Source: an uncultured Chloroflexia bacterium (GTDB lineage: Bacteria; Chloroflexota; Anaerolineae; CG2-30-64-16). From it: a stretch of DNA of 64,000 nucleotides. Under the pieces are notes generated by a model. It did not search any database. It was not told the DNA's origin and worked only from the letters and a program-made list of their open reading frames with translations. Made by a program: the position numbers and the translations under genes. Shown here piece after piece: positions 1 to 10,354 of this stretch. Where the stretch lies: assembly GCA_963774265.1 (NCBI GenBank), contig CAVZDU010000007.1:192001-256000 (forward strand). The letters run 5' to 3'. Numbering within the stretch: the stretch's first letter is position 1; each line of letters starts with the position of its first letter.

Positions 1-1418
1 TAAGGACGGCGAACGAGCACCTCCTGCCCATCTGCAGCCCTTGCTGCCACCTCCTCCAACTGAATCGCCTTCTCCGGCAGAGGGCACATTTCCTCACAGA
101 CCAGGCAGATGCGATTATCAACCCACGGGATGCAGCGGTTGCGATCGATATAGGCATGGCCGATCACCTGCTGGCGCTTGACGTCCAGCGGAAGCACAGG
201 GATCGCCCCGGTCGGGCAGACCTGGCCGCACGAATTGCAGCTATAGTCGCAGTGTCCTTGGCGGGGGGTCAGCACCGGGGTCCACATGCCACCCAGTCCT
301 GCGATGCTCAAGCTGGGCTCCAGCCCACCGGTCGGGCAAGCGCGGATGCAGAGGCCGCACCGGATGCACCGCGTTAAGAACTCAGGATCCTGGCTGCCGG
401 GCGGCCTTACGAGGTTCGGAGAAGGACGCGCTGTAGCCGGCTCAATCGCCAGGAGTCCAACGGCTATGATGGCGCCGCCGGCCGACGCCAGGAACTGGCG
501 CCTCGAAGGGTCCTGCACCTGCCAACGCGCGGGGCGCAGGTGGCCGGTGAAACGCTGCCCGTCTCGTGGGCAGGCCGACGCGCAGTCCAGGCACAGGGTG
601 CATTCGGCCGGATTGCTTCTGAAGCCGTCAGCCGGGTCAATTGTCCCCATCGGGCACTCGCGGGAGCAGCGCCGGCACGCCGTGCAGTCCGAGTTAGCCT
701 CACGTCGCAGCCAGGCGGCTTTCCCGACCAACCCCAACAGTGCACCCAGCGGGCACAAATAGCGGCACCAGAACCGGGGGCGCACGGAATTGAGCGCCAG
801 CGCGCCTCCAAAGACCAACGCGGCGAACAGGCCAGCTGCGTACACCAGTTGTGTGGCAGGCAAGACCGTCCCCCGACCGACCGCCTCGAGCGTATCCACT
901 GGCCCGCGGAGGAAGGGCACGGCATACGCGGCCTGCTCCAGGCCCCATAGGATGGCGTTGAATGCCGGCCACGCAACCACCGCGATGGTCCGGGTGGTTA
1001 AGGTGATCGGATCGAGGAAGATCAGGCTCAGGTTGCCGAGCACGGCCAGCAGCAGGATCAGTATCAGCAAGAAGTATTTGACGCGGCGCCAGCGGTCAGG
1101 TAAGTCGACCTCGTTCGGCCGCGATCTGCGCCCCGGCCCCCGAGCCCAATCCAGCACCGTCCCCATGGGGCAGAGCCACCCGCACCAGGCGCGGCCGAGG
1201 ACGAGCGCGAACACCAGGGCGGCGAGGCTGCCGAACAGCAGCGTCCCGGTGATCTGACGCGCCGCGATCATGCCAGAGGCTCCAGCGAGGGCATCCAGCC
1301 AAAAGAACAGGCCAGCCGCGGTGGGCACAGCTGCCGCGCGGATCGTCAGATACACGAACACCAGGAAGACCGCCAATTGTACCCAGCGGCGTGCCTTGTG
1401 CATGGCGTTCGCTCGCAT
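1..1418 (-). CDS. Membrane polyferredoxin / 4Fe-4S binding protein (NapH/MauN-like), runs off window start
   Basis: Not in the ORF track because it has no stop in the window. Manual translation from ATG 1418/1403 gives TM helices, GRAWCGWLCPMG (CxxxCP) and several ferredoxin motifs (CTACRRCSRECP, CTLCLDCASACP, CLVCEEMCP). Confidence 0.85.
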   Translation of the reverse strand, partial: MRANAMHKARRWVQLAVFLVFVYLTIRAAAVPTAAGLFFWLDALAGASGMIAARQITGTLLFGSLAALVFALVLGRAWCGWLCPMGTVLDWARGPGRRSRPNEVDLPDRWRRVKYFLLILILLLAVLGNLSLIFLDPITLTTRTIAVVAWPAFNAILWGLEQAAYAVPFLRGPVDTLEAVGRGTVLPATQLVYAAGLFAALVFGGALALNSVRPRFWCRYLCPLGALLGLVGKAAWLRREANSDCTACRRCSRECPMGTIDPADGFRSNPAECTLCLDCASACPRDGQRFTGHLRPARWQVQDPSRRQFLASAGGAIIAVGLLAIEPATARPSPNLVRPPGSQDPEFLTRCIRCGLCIRACPTGGLEPSLSIAGLGGMWTPVLTPRQGHCDYSCNSCGQVCPTGAIPVLPLDVKRQQVIGHAYIDRNRCIPWVDNRICLVCEEMCPLPEKAIQLEEVAARAADGQEVLVRRP

Positions 1419-1451
1419 ACGCGTCCCCTCTCCCTACGGGATGGTTCCCAA

Positions 1452-2561
1452 TCAGACCGCGACCTCAACCACGTTGACTGCGTTCAAGTCCATCTGCCCG
1501 AGCCCCATCTCAGCGCCCAGGCGGATGTAGCCAATGTCTTTGCCAGTCATCCCGAACAGCGTGGTCGCATACGCGTCGGCCGCAACGATGTCGGCGCTGG
1601 CAATCACGGTGTCAGTGACCTTGACATCGTCCAGGTTGCCGCCGGTGGGCCCGTTCTCCATCAAAATCCGCACGGCATCCACCACGGTTAGTTGCGGTTT
1701 GAGGCTGCTGCTCAGGTCGGCGATGCATTGATCGAGCCCCCGCGAGTGAAAGCCGCCCCGATCCTGGATCAATCCCATCAGGTTCTTCATGCCCAGGGTG
1801 AGCCGCGTGGACCCGTGGTCCTTGGCAATGGGCAGGTTGATCAGCACATCGGCATCGAGCGCGTCGCCATAGACTTGCCATTGTTGGATTTTGCGGCCGT
1901 TGGGGATGTCGAGTGGGCGATAGCGCATCCGGCTCATCACCTCCATCTCGCCGCCGGCAGCCTGCACGGCGTCGGCAATCCCGCTTTTGACATAAGCATT
2001 CTGCCCGGTTCCGCCGAAAGGCGCGTCCATGACACGCACGCGCTTCGCACCTGCGCCCAGGCAGAGGGCAACCACGGCAGCCACCACCTGTGGATTCGTC
2101 GTGCTGGCGTATTCCGGGCCATTGTAGGCGGTGCAGATGTTCGGCTTGAGGATCACGTTTGCGCCGGGCTTGACGAAGCGTTCAATGCCGCCCAGCGCGG
2201 CGATCGCGCGCCGGGTGAGCTCAGCAGGATCGGCGCCCGTTCCGCGCGCGACTGCCAGATAAGCGGTGGTCGCGGGCGTCGTTGGCGCCGCGCCGCTGTC
2301 GAGCGGTGCGGTGGGCTGTGGCGCGGACTGCGCAGGGGGCTTTGCTGGCGGGGCGGCCGAGGGCGACCGGGCGAGCGTCGGGGCAGGGGAAGGTTTCGTG
2401 GCGACGACGCCGGGCGTGGCCGCGGCCGGCTGGCTTTGCGCTGGGACGGTTGGACTGAATGCAGTTGGTTTCGATGTACGACATGCGCTGGCGCCGACCC
2501 CGGTCAGCGTGAGCGCCAGCACTTGCTTGAGGAACTGGCGCCGGTCTCTGATGCCTGGCAT
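1452..2561 (-). CDS. DUF362 domain protein with Tat/lipoprotein signal
   Basis: RDRRQFLK twin-Arg, GASAC lipobox, Pro-rich linker; VILKPN, TTNP and INLPIAKDH..TLGMKNLMG motifs typical of DUF362. Confidence 0.85.
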   Translation of the reverse strand: MPGIRDRRQFLKQVLALTLTGVGASACRTSKPTAFSPTVPAQSQPAAATPGVVATKPSPAPTLARSPSAAPPAKPPAQSAPQPTAPLDSGAAPTTPATTAYLAVARGTGADPAELTRRAIAALGGIERFVKPGANVILKPNICTAYNGPEYASTTNPQVVAAVVALCLGAGAKRVRVMDAPFGGTGQNAYVKSGIADAVQAAGGEMEVMSRMRYRPLDIPNGRKIQQWQVYGDALDADVLINLPIAKDHGSTRLTLGMKNLMGLIQDRGGFHSRGLDQCIADLSSSLKPQLTVVDAVRILMENGPTGGNLDDVKVTDTVIASADIVAADAYATTLFGMTGKDIGYIRLGAEMGLGQMDLNAVNVVEVAV

Positions 2562-2720
2562 GGCTGTGTCTCCAGTGTGGGAATCGCGCTATCTCAGTGA
2601 CCAATGATACCTTAGTAAGCCCAAATACGCGAACCGTCTCGCTGGCGAGGCAGCCTGTCAGAGATGCGCAGAGCGACATCATGACATCCCCAGCGTCGAG
2701 AATGAGCGCGTTTTCAACAT

Positions 2721-3221
2721 CTAGTCTCCTCGTGTGGCAAACGCCCGAATCTCCGCGGCGTGCTTCTGTTCGTCGCGGGCTTCGACGCCGAGCAGCATGG
2801 CGATCGTCACCCGGCGGTTTCTGGACGAACGCACACCATAGTCCCGGTGGAGGTCCCCGGCTGGGAGAGCGACCAGATGATCGATCAAGGCCTGATGCGA
2901 TGCCTCGACCGCGGCCAGCGTCTCGGCCAGCGTGGCCCGCTTGTACCGGGCCACAATCCCGGCGTTGAAGGTGCGCCAATCAGGATCATATGCCGCGTAA
3001 AAAGCCGGCAGTTGTCCGGTTCGGATCGCCTCGATTGCCTCCAGGTTTGCATAATCCCAACCGGTCAAGTGCGCCGCAATGTCATGGGCCGACCATGTGC
3101 CGAGGAAAGGTGTGTCATGCAGATCGCTGTGCAGGTCCGCGGTTGCGCCCAGAACTTCCCGTCGGGCTTCGGTTAGATCGGCGATCAGTTGTGCCTTCTT
3201 GGTTTCCGGATCGGCTCTCAT
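2721..3221 (-). CDS. DinB/DfsB-like four-helix bundle protein
   Basis: GTWSAHDIAAHLTGWD and C-terminal EQKHAAEI His motifs. Confidence 0.7.
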   Translation of the reverse strand: MRADPETKKAQLIADLTEARREVLGATADLHSDLHDTPFLGTWSAHDIAAHLTGWDYANLEAIEAIRTGQLPAFYAAYDPDWRTFNAGIVARYKRATLAETLAAVEASHQALIDHLVALPAGDLHRDYGVRSSRNRRVTIAMLLGVEARDEQKHAAEIRAFATRGD

Positions 3222-3444
3222 GGCGCTGAATGAACCTCAAGACGATTGCCAACTTGCATGAACGATCTCTCATATAATACGCGCGCCATACGTCTTTGTC
3301 AAGCGGGGTTCCGCTAGACCGGAGTGCCAGGCGTTGTTCCGTAGCGTGGCTGACCTGACGTCGTGCCCACTTGTGGCACCGGACATCATCTTATAGTAGA
3401 CTGGGCGCAAGAGCCGGAATTCTTATGGATGTGCGAGGAGTTCT

Positions 3445-4320
3445 ATGCCCAACGTAGCCATCGTGACCGACAGCGTAGCCAGCATCCCGCAGGCCCTGAT
3501 TGATGCGCTCGGCATCCGCTGGGCTCCCTATTACATCCACCAGGGGAAGGTGGTGTTAAGAGACCTGGTCACTGCTCCCGGGGCCATCTTCTACGAGTGG
3601 CTGACCACCGCGACCGAGCTGCCCAAGACCGCCAACCCCAGCGCAGGCGACTACCTGGAGATCTATCGGGCGTTGGCCGGCGAGGGCGTGCGTGAGATCG
3701 CCAGCATTCACATCACCTCCAAGGGCAGTGGGGCTTACCAGGCGGCGCTCATCGCCCGGCAGATGCTCGTTGATGCCATGCCTGACTTGCATATCGAGGT
3801 GATCGACACCCTCAATGTCTCGATGTGCCAGGGTTGGATGGCGATTGAAGCGGCCCGTGCCGCGCTGGCGGGCAAGTCGCTGTCCGACATCGTGGCGCTC
3901 GTGAAGAGCATGATGCCGGTCACCCGCATGATCCAGACTGCCGACACGCTTAGGTACCTTTACATGGGTGGTCGCATCGGGAAAGCCACACATCTTGTTG
4001 GGTCCCTCTTGAACATCAAGCCCTTGATCGGGATGGAAGATGGCGTGATTGTGCCGCTGGGCCAGGCGCGCAGCCGCCGCGCGGCCTATGGGAAGATGGT
4101 CGACATGGTCGAGGCGGCCGTCGGCAAGATGGGCAAGATCAAGGTGGCCTTCGTACACGCTGCGGCCGTCGAAGAAGCTGAGAAACTCAGGGCGTTGTTC
4201 GAAGCGCGGCTGACCTGCGTCGAATCGGTGATCGCCGAGCTCTCCCCGGCACTGGGCGTCCATTCCGGCCCCGGCACGGCCGGCGTCTGTTATTTCCCCG
4301 TGCGCGAGACCGCGGAGTGA
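3445..4320 (+). CDS. DegV family fatty-acid-binding protein
   Basis: IVTDS, PKTANPS, GGRIGKA, LNIKP, GVHSGPG motifs; GAGGAG RBS. Confidence 0.92.
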   Translation: MPNVAIVTDSVASIPQALIDALGIRWAPYYIHQGKVVLRDLVTAPGAIFYEWLTTATELPKTANPSAGDYLEIYRALAGEGVREIASIHITSKGSGAYQAALIARQMLVDAMPDLHIEVIDTLNVSMCQGWMAIEAARAALAGKSLSDIVALVKSMMPVTRMIQTADTLRYLYMGGRIGKATHLVGSLLNIKPLIGMEDGVIVPLGQARSRRAAYGKMVDMVEAAVGKMGKIKVAFVHAAAVEEAEKLRALFEARLTCVESVIAELSPALGVHSGPGTAGVCYFPVRETAE

Positions 4321-4363
4321 GGCCTCACCCCACTCGCGCGGCCCGGGATTCCCACGATTCAAG

Positions 4364-5833
4364 CTACTTCACTTCGATGACGGGCGGTGTCGCGGTGCCA
4401 CCGCGGTAGAAGCGCGTGGGCTGAGGCAGTCCACCATCGCGCTGTATCTCGGTTGGCATCCACTGCGCCAGGGTGTCCTGGTAGCGCTTCATCATATCCG
4501 CGTCCTTCACCATCTGATCCTCACCGGTCAGCCCAGCGACGTCCCGCAACGCCCCTTCCAGGTCGTGCGCCAGGCTCCACGCCTCGACATAGCGTCTCTC
4601 AGTGGCCAGCCGGCTGATCTCCTTCAAGCCCTCCGCCGAGCGTTGGATGGTGACGTTGCGCAGCACCTCCACATCAAAGAGCGGGTCATACGCTACGCCA
4701 TCGGCTCGGAGCACCCGCGCGTTCGAGGTTATGGTTTCGTGTTTGTTAGCCTTCAGATCATCATAGCTGAGCTCAACGGATATGAGCGGCCTCTGGCCTG
4801 GGACATCGGGAGCGAGGCGCAGGTGCACGAGCAGCACCTGGCTGTCACCCGGCGCCAGATCGCGCAGGCTCACCTGCACCGGCCCTGCGGGCAGGCTGCC
4901 TTCATAACCGGTCACCTGGCTGAGTTGCACCCCGGGCTCGGGACGTATGGTCACTGCCACGTTCGCCGCGACCTTGGCCATCAGCCCCAGTGCATCCTTG
5001 CGGAAAACCTTATCCATCTCCTCCGCGGAGTCGATGAAGTGGTAAGGTCCCTTGCCCTGGATTGCGAGCTCGGATAGCAGCGCGTCGTTGACGTCGTGAC
5101 CGAGGCCGATGGTCGCCAGGTAAACGCCGCGGTCATTGTAGGCCTTGGCATCCGCGGCGATGGCGGGGGGATCGGTCACCCCGACATTCGCAATTCCGTC
5201 TGTCAGCAAGAGGACCCGGTTGTTCCGTGCCGGGTCGTAGCGCCGATCGACCTCGCGCAGCCCGAGCATCAGCCCGGCATGCAGATTGGTGGACGCGGTG
5301 GGCTCGAGCCTTTCGATCGCGGCAGCGATCCAGGCGCCATCACCAACGGTCCGCATGGGTTCGAGCGGCCACGCGGTGTCGCTGTAGCCGATGATGGTCA
5401 CCTGGTCGTTGGCAGCCAGGCTGTTGAGGAAAACGCGGAGCGACTGCTTGACCCAGGCCATCTTGCCCGCATCGCCCATCGAGCCGCTGCAGTCGATGAC
5501 CAGCGCCAGGGTGAGCGGCGCAATCTCCTCCGGTCGTGCGGACTTCGCCTGCACGCCGACCTGGAGCCATGCATCGCCGCCCGCGGTGGACACCGTCCCA
5601 TTGCCCAGTCGCACATCAAGCCCCAGCGTCGTGTTGAGGGGCTCGGGGAAGCGCTGTTCGTAGTAGTTGAGGTACTCAGCAACGCGGACTTGCTCCGCGT
5701 CGACGATGCCGCCGCTCTGGATAACGGAGCGGCTCAGCGATTTCGAAGCGTCCATCGAGGCAGCACACCCGGCTGAGAACAAGATCAGGGCCAGGCCGAT
5801 CACCAATGGGATGAGATGACGTCGGGTTTTCAT
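4364..5833 (-). CDS. VWA domain lipoprotein (YfbK-like)
   Basis: ATG 5833 with GGAGGA RBS, lipobox FSAGC, MIDAS motif DCSGSM, LLTDGIAN, EYLNYY segment. Confidence 0.85.
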   Translation of the reverse strand: MKTRRHLIPLVIGLALILFSAGCAASMDASKSLSRSVIQSGGIVDAEQVRVAEYLNYYEQRFPEPLNTTLGLDVRLGNGTVSTAGGDAWLQVGVQAKSARPEEIAPLTLALVIDCSGSMGDAGKMAWVKQSLRVFLNSLAANDQVTIIGYSDTAWPLEPMRTVGDGAWIAAAIERLEPTASTNLHAGLMLGLREVDRRYDPARNNRVLLLTDGIANVGVTDPPAIAADAKAYNDRGVYLATIGLGHDVNDALLSELAIQGKGPYHFIDSAEEMDKVFRKDALGLMAKVAANVAVTIRPEPGVQLSQVTGYEGSLPAGPVQVSLRDLAPGDSQVLLVHLRLAPDVPGQRPLISVELSYDDLKANKHETITSNARVLRADGVAYDPLFDVEVLRNVTIQRSAEGLKEISRLATERRYVEAWSLAHDLEGALRDVAGLTGEDQMVKDADMMKRYQDTLAQWMPTEIQRDGGLPQPTRFYRGGTATPPVIEVK

Positions 5834-5903
5834 TTTGTCCTCCTGATGCTCTTGGGCTAGACTGGAATCGTCACTGATGCTTCCTTCATACCGCAACGCC
5901 GGG

Positions 5904-5941
5904 ACACTTCAAGCACCAGAAGTGTTACATTGGATGCAACA
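5904..5941. promoter_or_regulatory. Two overlapping inverted repeats in divergent intergenic region (candidate operators)
   Basis: ACACTTC-N8-GAAGTGT (5904-5925) and TGTTACAT-N3-ATGCAACA (5923-5941). Confidence 0.4.
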
Positions 5942-5969
5942 GGGGAAATCACACGCCTTCGAGGCGAAC

Positions 5970-7622
5970 ATGCGCTCTTTTGCCGAGCTCCTACGAGAGT
6001 ACTCCGGACGCACGGGTGTCAGCGACGCCGAATTGGCGCGCGCGGTCGGGGTCCAGCGGCAGACGATCTTCCGCTGGAAGGAGGGTGCGGTCGGCCGGCC
6101 GCGCTTGGCAGAAGATGTGCTGCGGCTGGCGAGCAAGTTGCGGCTTAGCGATGCGGAGCGAGATGAGCTGTTGTTGGCAGCCGGCTTCCCGCCAGTCCTC
6201 GTCGCCCCCACCCGGCTGAAAGCTCCGGCTGTGGTCGATATCCCCGCAGACGAGGACGCGGGTCTCACTGATCGTGTGATCTCTTCTGCTCCGGAACGAC
6301 CTCAGTTGTCGCGACGACCGCGCCTTTTCATTGTCATCGGACTTTTGGTCCTCGGCGCCGTCGCCGCCTGGCTGCTCCTCCGTCCTCGCGTGGTGTACCC
6401 GATCAGCCAGCCCGATGAGACGTTGATCGTCGTCGGTCAGTTCGCCAACTATACGGGCGGGGACCGGGGCTATAACGTTCCCGGCCGCATCCGGCAGGCG
6501 CTGGAGCGTGAAATCAGTGGTGCGCGTCTGACAAGCGTCCGCGTGGCGGAGTGGCCCGACCCGATTCGGACGCATGAAGTGGCGGATGAGGTTGCCGAGC
6601 GCTCCAAGGCAGCGCTTATCATTTGGGGCGAGTACGACAGCGGCCGCATCCTTGCGCGCTTCACCGTGTCAGGTGGTGGAGGAGTGCGCGAAGCCGCCTC
6701 CCTCGAGAAGCTTATCTCGTCGACGGACGACCTGTCCGCGGCCATCAACTCAGACTTGCCGGAGGAGACGCGTTTCCTGGCCCTCATCAACCTGGCACAG
6801 GTCCTGCTCGACCGCGGCCAACCGGAGATTGCGGCCGCCTTGTTGGCACAAGCGGCGACCCGCCCGCCCCAAGATGCTGCCGGACTGGCCACCCTACACT
6901 TCCTGACCGGCCTGGCAGCCCAGCAGAGGCAGCCGCCCGACCTTGACATGGCTATTACAGCGTATGGGGATGCCCTGGCGCTGCGCCCGGACCTCTCCGC
7001 CGCATACAATAATCGGGCGGTTGCCTGCCTGAAACGGCAGGCGCCGGGAGACGCGGACCTTGCGCTCGCGGACCTGACACGCTATCTCGCGGATCATCCC
7101 GACGCAGCAGAGGCGCTCACCAACCGCGGCGCGGCCCATCTCCTGCTGGGCGGGAACGACCATGCACGGTTGGCTCTCGTCGACTTGAACCGGGTGCTGG
7201 AGCTGACGCCCGATTCGGTGGAGGCTCTTCTGAATCGCGGGCTTGCCCGACTGCGGACGAAAGAAGCGGGCTGGGAGGCCGATTTCGAGCGGGTGCTGGC
7301 GCTACGGGCCGATCACCCCGGGGCGTTGGAGTCACTGTGTTGGGCTTATGCCGTGCAGGGACAGGCCGAAGTCGCACTGTCCTGGTGCGATCGAGCACTG
7401 TCAGTCGCGAACAGCGGGCCCGCGCGTCACGGTCGCGCGATTGCCTATGCTCTCTCGGGACAATATGCCTTGGCCGCGAAGGATCTGGAGACGTACCTCT
7501 CCGCCCTCAAGCCGCCTCTGTTGGCAAGAGAAGAGGACCGGGTGCGTGAGTGGCTCGTCGAGCTGGCTGCGGGCCGCAACCCCTTTGACGCCGCGGCCCT
7601 CAACCTGCTCCGGCAGGAGTAA
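5970..7622 (+). CDS. XRE-type HTH + transmembrane helix + TPR repeat protein
   Basis: N-terminal SDAELARAVGVQRQTIFRWKEG HTH, one hydrophobic helix (LFIVIGLLVLGAVAAWLLL), TPR repeats (AYNNRA, ALTNRG, ALLNRG). Confidence 0.8.
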   Translation: MRSFAELLREYSGRTGVSDAELARAVGVQRQTIFRWKEGAVGRPRLAEDVLRLASKLRLSDAERDELLLAAGFPPVLVAPTRLKAPAVVDIPADEDAGLTDRVISSAPERPQLSRRPRLFIVIGLLVLGAVAAWLLLRPRVVYPISQPDETLIVVGQFANYTGGDRGYNVPGRIRQALEREISGARLTSVRVAEWPDPIRTHEVADEVAERSKAALIIWGEYDSGRILARFTVSGGGGVREAASLEKLISSTDDLSAAINSDLPEETRFLALINLAQVLLDRGQPEIAAALLAQAATRPPQDAAGLATLHFLTGLAAQQRQPPDLDMAITAYGDALALRPDLSAAYNNRAVACLKRQAPGDADLALADLTRYLADHPDAAEALTNRGAAHLLLGGNDHARLALVDLNRVLELTPDSVEALLNRGLARLRTKEAGWEADFERVLALRADHPGALESLCWAYAVQGQAEVALSWCDRALSVANSGPARHGRAIAYALSGQYALAAKDLETYLSALKPPLLAREEDRVREWLVELAAGRNPFDAAALNLLRQE

Positions 7623-9480
7623 TCCGCAGCCAATGCTCGCGGCGCTCCATCCCGTGGCGGTAGACGACTGTCTGCCGCGGCCGGTCGATCTCGGCCGTCC
7701 CATCACTCACCTCGACCCGGCAGCCGTGCGGATACTGGAACTCGGGCACGAAGACTTCGGTCGCCGCAGTCACGCTGGGGTCGTGGCGGAATTCGAATTC
7801 GAAGACGCGGCGGCGGAGGTCGAACGACAGCCGCAGCGGTTGGCCCGCAACTGCTCGCGGGTACGGGCGCGCGACTGCCCGTAGGGCGCGTCCCCCGGAG
7901 TTGATGTCTCGGGGATCATCCTGCTGGTCCCGGCTGAAGATCGAGAAATCCTCCCCGTTCCACCCGTCGCCGCGGGCGTTGGTGTTGTCTGCCGTGTAGT
8001 TCCAGAGCGTGCCGCTCAACAGATTGTCCTCCACCGCGCGGAGGGAGCGATCCAGCGCACTGACCTGCGCCCCGAAATCTCCCGCACGATACGCGCGGCC
8101 ATCCGCCAGGTCGGACGGGATGCCGAACTCGCCCAGCAACACCGGCATGCCCGCGCTCTCTCCGCCCCGCTTGAGGTTGCGCAGTTGCCCCGCGAACGAC
8201 CTGCGGATCGGGCCGGGCAGGAAGACCGGTTTCCGGGTGTGGGAATTGGCTGCCAGAAGAGGGCTGAATTGCTTTGACATCAGCACATGGCCATCATACC
8301 AGTGCGGCGCAAAGGCGACATCCCCGGCATCCTTCGTGTTCCACGGCGGCCGGAGGCTGCCCGGTTCCGGTTCGACAAAGATCAGTGCCCGTGGATCGAT
8401 CGCGTGGATCGCCGTGGCGAAGCGGAGCGCAAACGGCTGCAGATAGTCCCTTCCAAAGTCAACCGGTCGCCCATGGGCCTCGGAGAAGTGATCCGGGCGC
8501 AGGAGTTGGGGCATCCCCCCGGCATCGAAGTCCCAAATACCGTTCTGCCGCCACACGCAGTCCCGGCCTTCCTGCCAGGCGCGCCGCCGCCCATCATTCA
8601 ATTGCTGCGTGCCGGCCCGGCGAAAACTGACCGTCCCCAGCCTCCACACATCCACTTCCTGGGGCACACCCGAACCTAGCAGCATTGCCTGGAACGGAGT
8701 GGGGCAGGGCCCGAGGGCAAGTGCGCCTTTTCCCACGTTCAGGTTCCGCCGGCCGATATAGCCGGGGAGCGGCTCGTTCAGCATATCGTACCCGATCAAA
8801 TTGGGTAGATCCCTGAGGCGTAAGGCCACCTGTTGGAAGGCCGCGATATAGTGGCGCTGGAGGAACTCCTGAACCGGCTCGCCAGAGATGAGCGTCTGCG
8901 GTGCAAAGTCGTTCCCGCCGAAGAAGAGGCTGAACATGGTGGCTGCGGCCAACTTACTTCCATTGGTCGGCCAGATCATCTTTGGGAAGGATTCGCCGTG
9001 GGTGGCGTGCACGATGGCCGCGCCGGTCTCCGCGAACCCCGTCAGATCAAATCCGACCGCCTCCAATGTCCAACCTGGTGCGCCGTCCCCGCCGGAGAAA
9101 CGGCTCCAGACGTCCTGGTGCGGGTCAATGAAGAGGCTGAGGCCGTGCTCACCCGCTTTTTGCGCAATTGAGTGGACATAATCAAGATAGGCTTCATCAT
9201 AGATGCCGGGTCCCGCGTGTTCGATCGCCTCCCAAGGCACCAGGAGGCGCAGGAGGGTGAGCCCCCACGCGTTCAGCCGGCTGAAGTGCTCGTCCGCTTC
9301 TTGCAGTGGGAACGGACGCCCGACAAACGAGACGTCACGATGTTCAAAGAAGCCCGCGTCGAGGTGCGTGGCGCCGTCCGGCCGCCGTGGCGTCTTGCTG
9401 CTGCCGCCCAGGTTGATCCCGCGCAGCATGAGCGTGCGATTGTGCTCATCCTTGAAGTTGGGACCATCGATGCGGATCAC
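7600..9480 (-). CDS. Glycoside hydrolase family 5 (endoglycoceramidase/steryl-glucosidase-like) with C-terminal beta domain
   Basis: LRGINL, IDPHQDVWSRFSGGDGAP, catalytic NEP and LGEFG motifs, WNY. Confidence 0.88.
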   Translation of the reverse strand: MIRIDGPNFKDEHNRTLMLRGINLGGSSKTPRRPDGATHLDAGFFEHRDVSFVGRPFPLQEADEHFSRLNAWGLTLLRLLVPWEAIEHAGPGIYDEAYLDYVHSIAQKAGEHGLSLFIDPHQDVWSRFSGGDGAPGWTLEAVGFDLTGFAETGAAIVHATHGESFPKMIWPTNGSKLAAATMFSLFFGGNDFAPQTLISGEPVQEFLQRHYIAAFQQVALRLRDLPNLIGYDMLNEPLPGYIGRRNLNVGKGALALGPCPTPFQAMLLGSGVPQEVDVWRLGTVSFRRAGTQQLNDGRRRAWQEGRDCVWRQNGIWDFDAGGMPQLLRPDHFSEAHGRPVDFGRDYLQPFALRFATAIHAIDPRALIFVEPEPGSLRPPWNTKDAGDVAFAPHWYDGHVLMSKQFSPLLAANSHTRKPVFLPGPIRRSFAGQLRNLKRGGESAGMPVLLGEFGIPSDLADGRAYRAGDFGAQVSALDRSLRAVEDNLLSGTLWNYTADNTNARGDGWNGEDFSIFSRDQQDDPRDINSGGRALRAVARPYPRAVAGQPLRLSFDLRRRVFEFEFRHDPSVTAATEVFVPEFQYPHGCRVEVSDGTAEIDRPRQTVVYRHGMERREHWLRITPAGAG

Positions 9481-9682
9481 GTGTCACTCCAGCCAGGCCG
9501 CCACGGGGCGAGCGGACCAAGGCTCATGCTATCACCGATCCGGTTCCTCGAATAAACGCGAGGGACGTAGAGGTTCTCCCGGAAACCTTAGGGCCCCTTC
9601 CAGTGTCATGCCGCTTTGACGTGTCTCTGCGCTGATGCGATAATTGGCGCACACCGTTTGCGATCACACAAAGAGGCAGATC

Positions 9683-10321
9683 ATGGCCACCATCACCATT
9701 TCCCGGCAGTTCGGGAGCCACGGCGATACCGTCGCGCAACTACTCTGTGACCGGCTAGGCTATCGTTACTTCGACAAGAACCTGATGATGGGTCTCGCCG
9801 CGCAGTCGGGACTGGCGCCCGAGACGGTGGTCGACCTGCCCGATGACCAGCGCCGGGCTCGGACTCTCGTGGAGCGGCTCTTCGGCAACTATGCTGCGCC
9901 TTACGGTGATCCTGACACCTGGGCCGCCGCGGCCGCGGCCGAACGGCAAGAGCAGTTGACAGTGGAGCGAATCAAGTACCTGATCCGGGCTGCGTACGAA
10001 GAGGGCAACGTGGTCATCATCGGACGCGGCGGGCAAGCCGTGCTCGCCGGACTGCCCAACGTGTTGCACGTGCGGCTGGTAGCTCCGATGGAGCTGCGGG
10101 TGCAGCGCCACGCGGAGCGGGCGGGGCTAACGGTCGAGGCCGCGCGCGAGTTAGTGATGAAACGCGATGCGGCCTCCCACGACTTCGTCAGTCGGTACTT
10201 CGGTATCGATCGGCGCGATCCGACGCACTATGACCTGGGCATCAATACGGCCAAGCTGACGCCCGCGGCAGCGGTCGAGCTGATTGTCACCGCCCTGGCC
10301 GGTTTGCCGGCTGCGGACTAA
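9683..10321 (+). CDS. Cytidylate kinase-like family protein
   Basis: ITISRQFGSHG, VIIGRGG, YDLGINT motifs. Confidence 0.85.
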   Translation: MATITISRQFGSHGDTVAQLLCDRLGYRYFDKNLMMGLAAQSGLAPETVVDLPDDQRRARTLVERLFGNYAAPYGDPDTWAAAAAAERQEQLTVERIKYLIRAAYEEGNVVIIGRGGQAVLAGLPNVLHVRLVAPMELRVQRHAERAGLTVEAARELVMKRDAASHDFVSRYFGIDRRDPTHYDLGINTAKLTPAAAVELIVTALAGLPAAD

Positions 10322-10354
10322 CCGCGCCGTCCGCGAAAAGAATTGAACGCTTGA

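Noticed and set aside
7600-7622. Convergent 3' overlap of the TPR and GH5 genes as a regulatory feature
   Set aside because: Short tail-to-tail overlaps are common in high-GC genomes.
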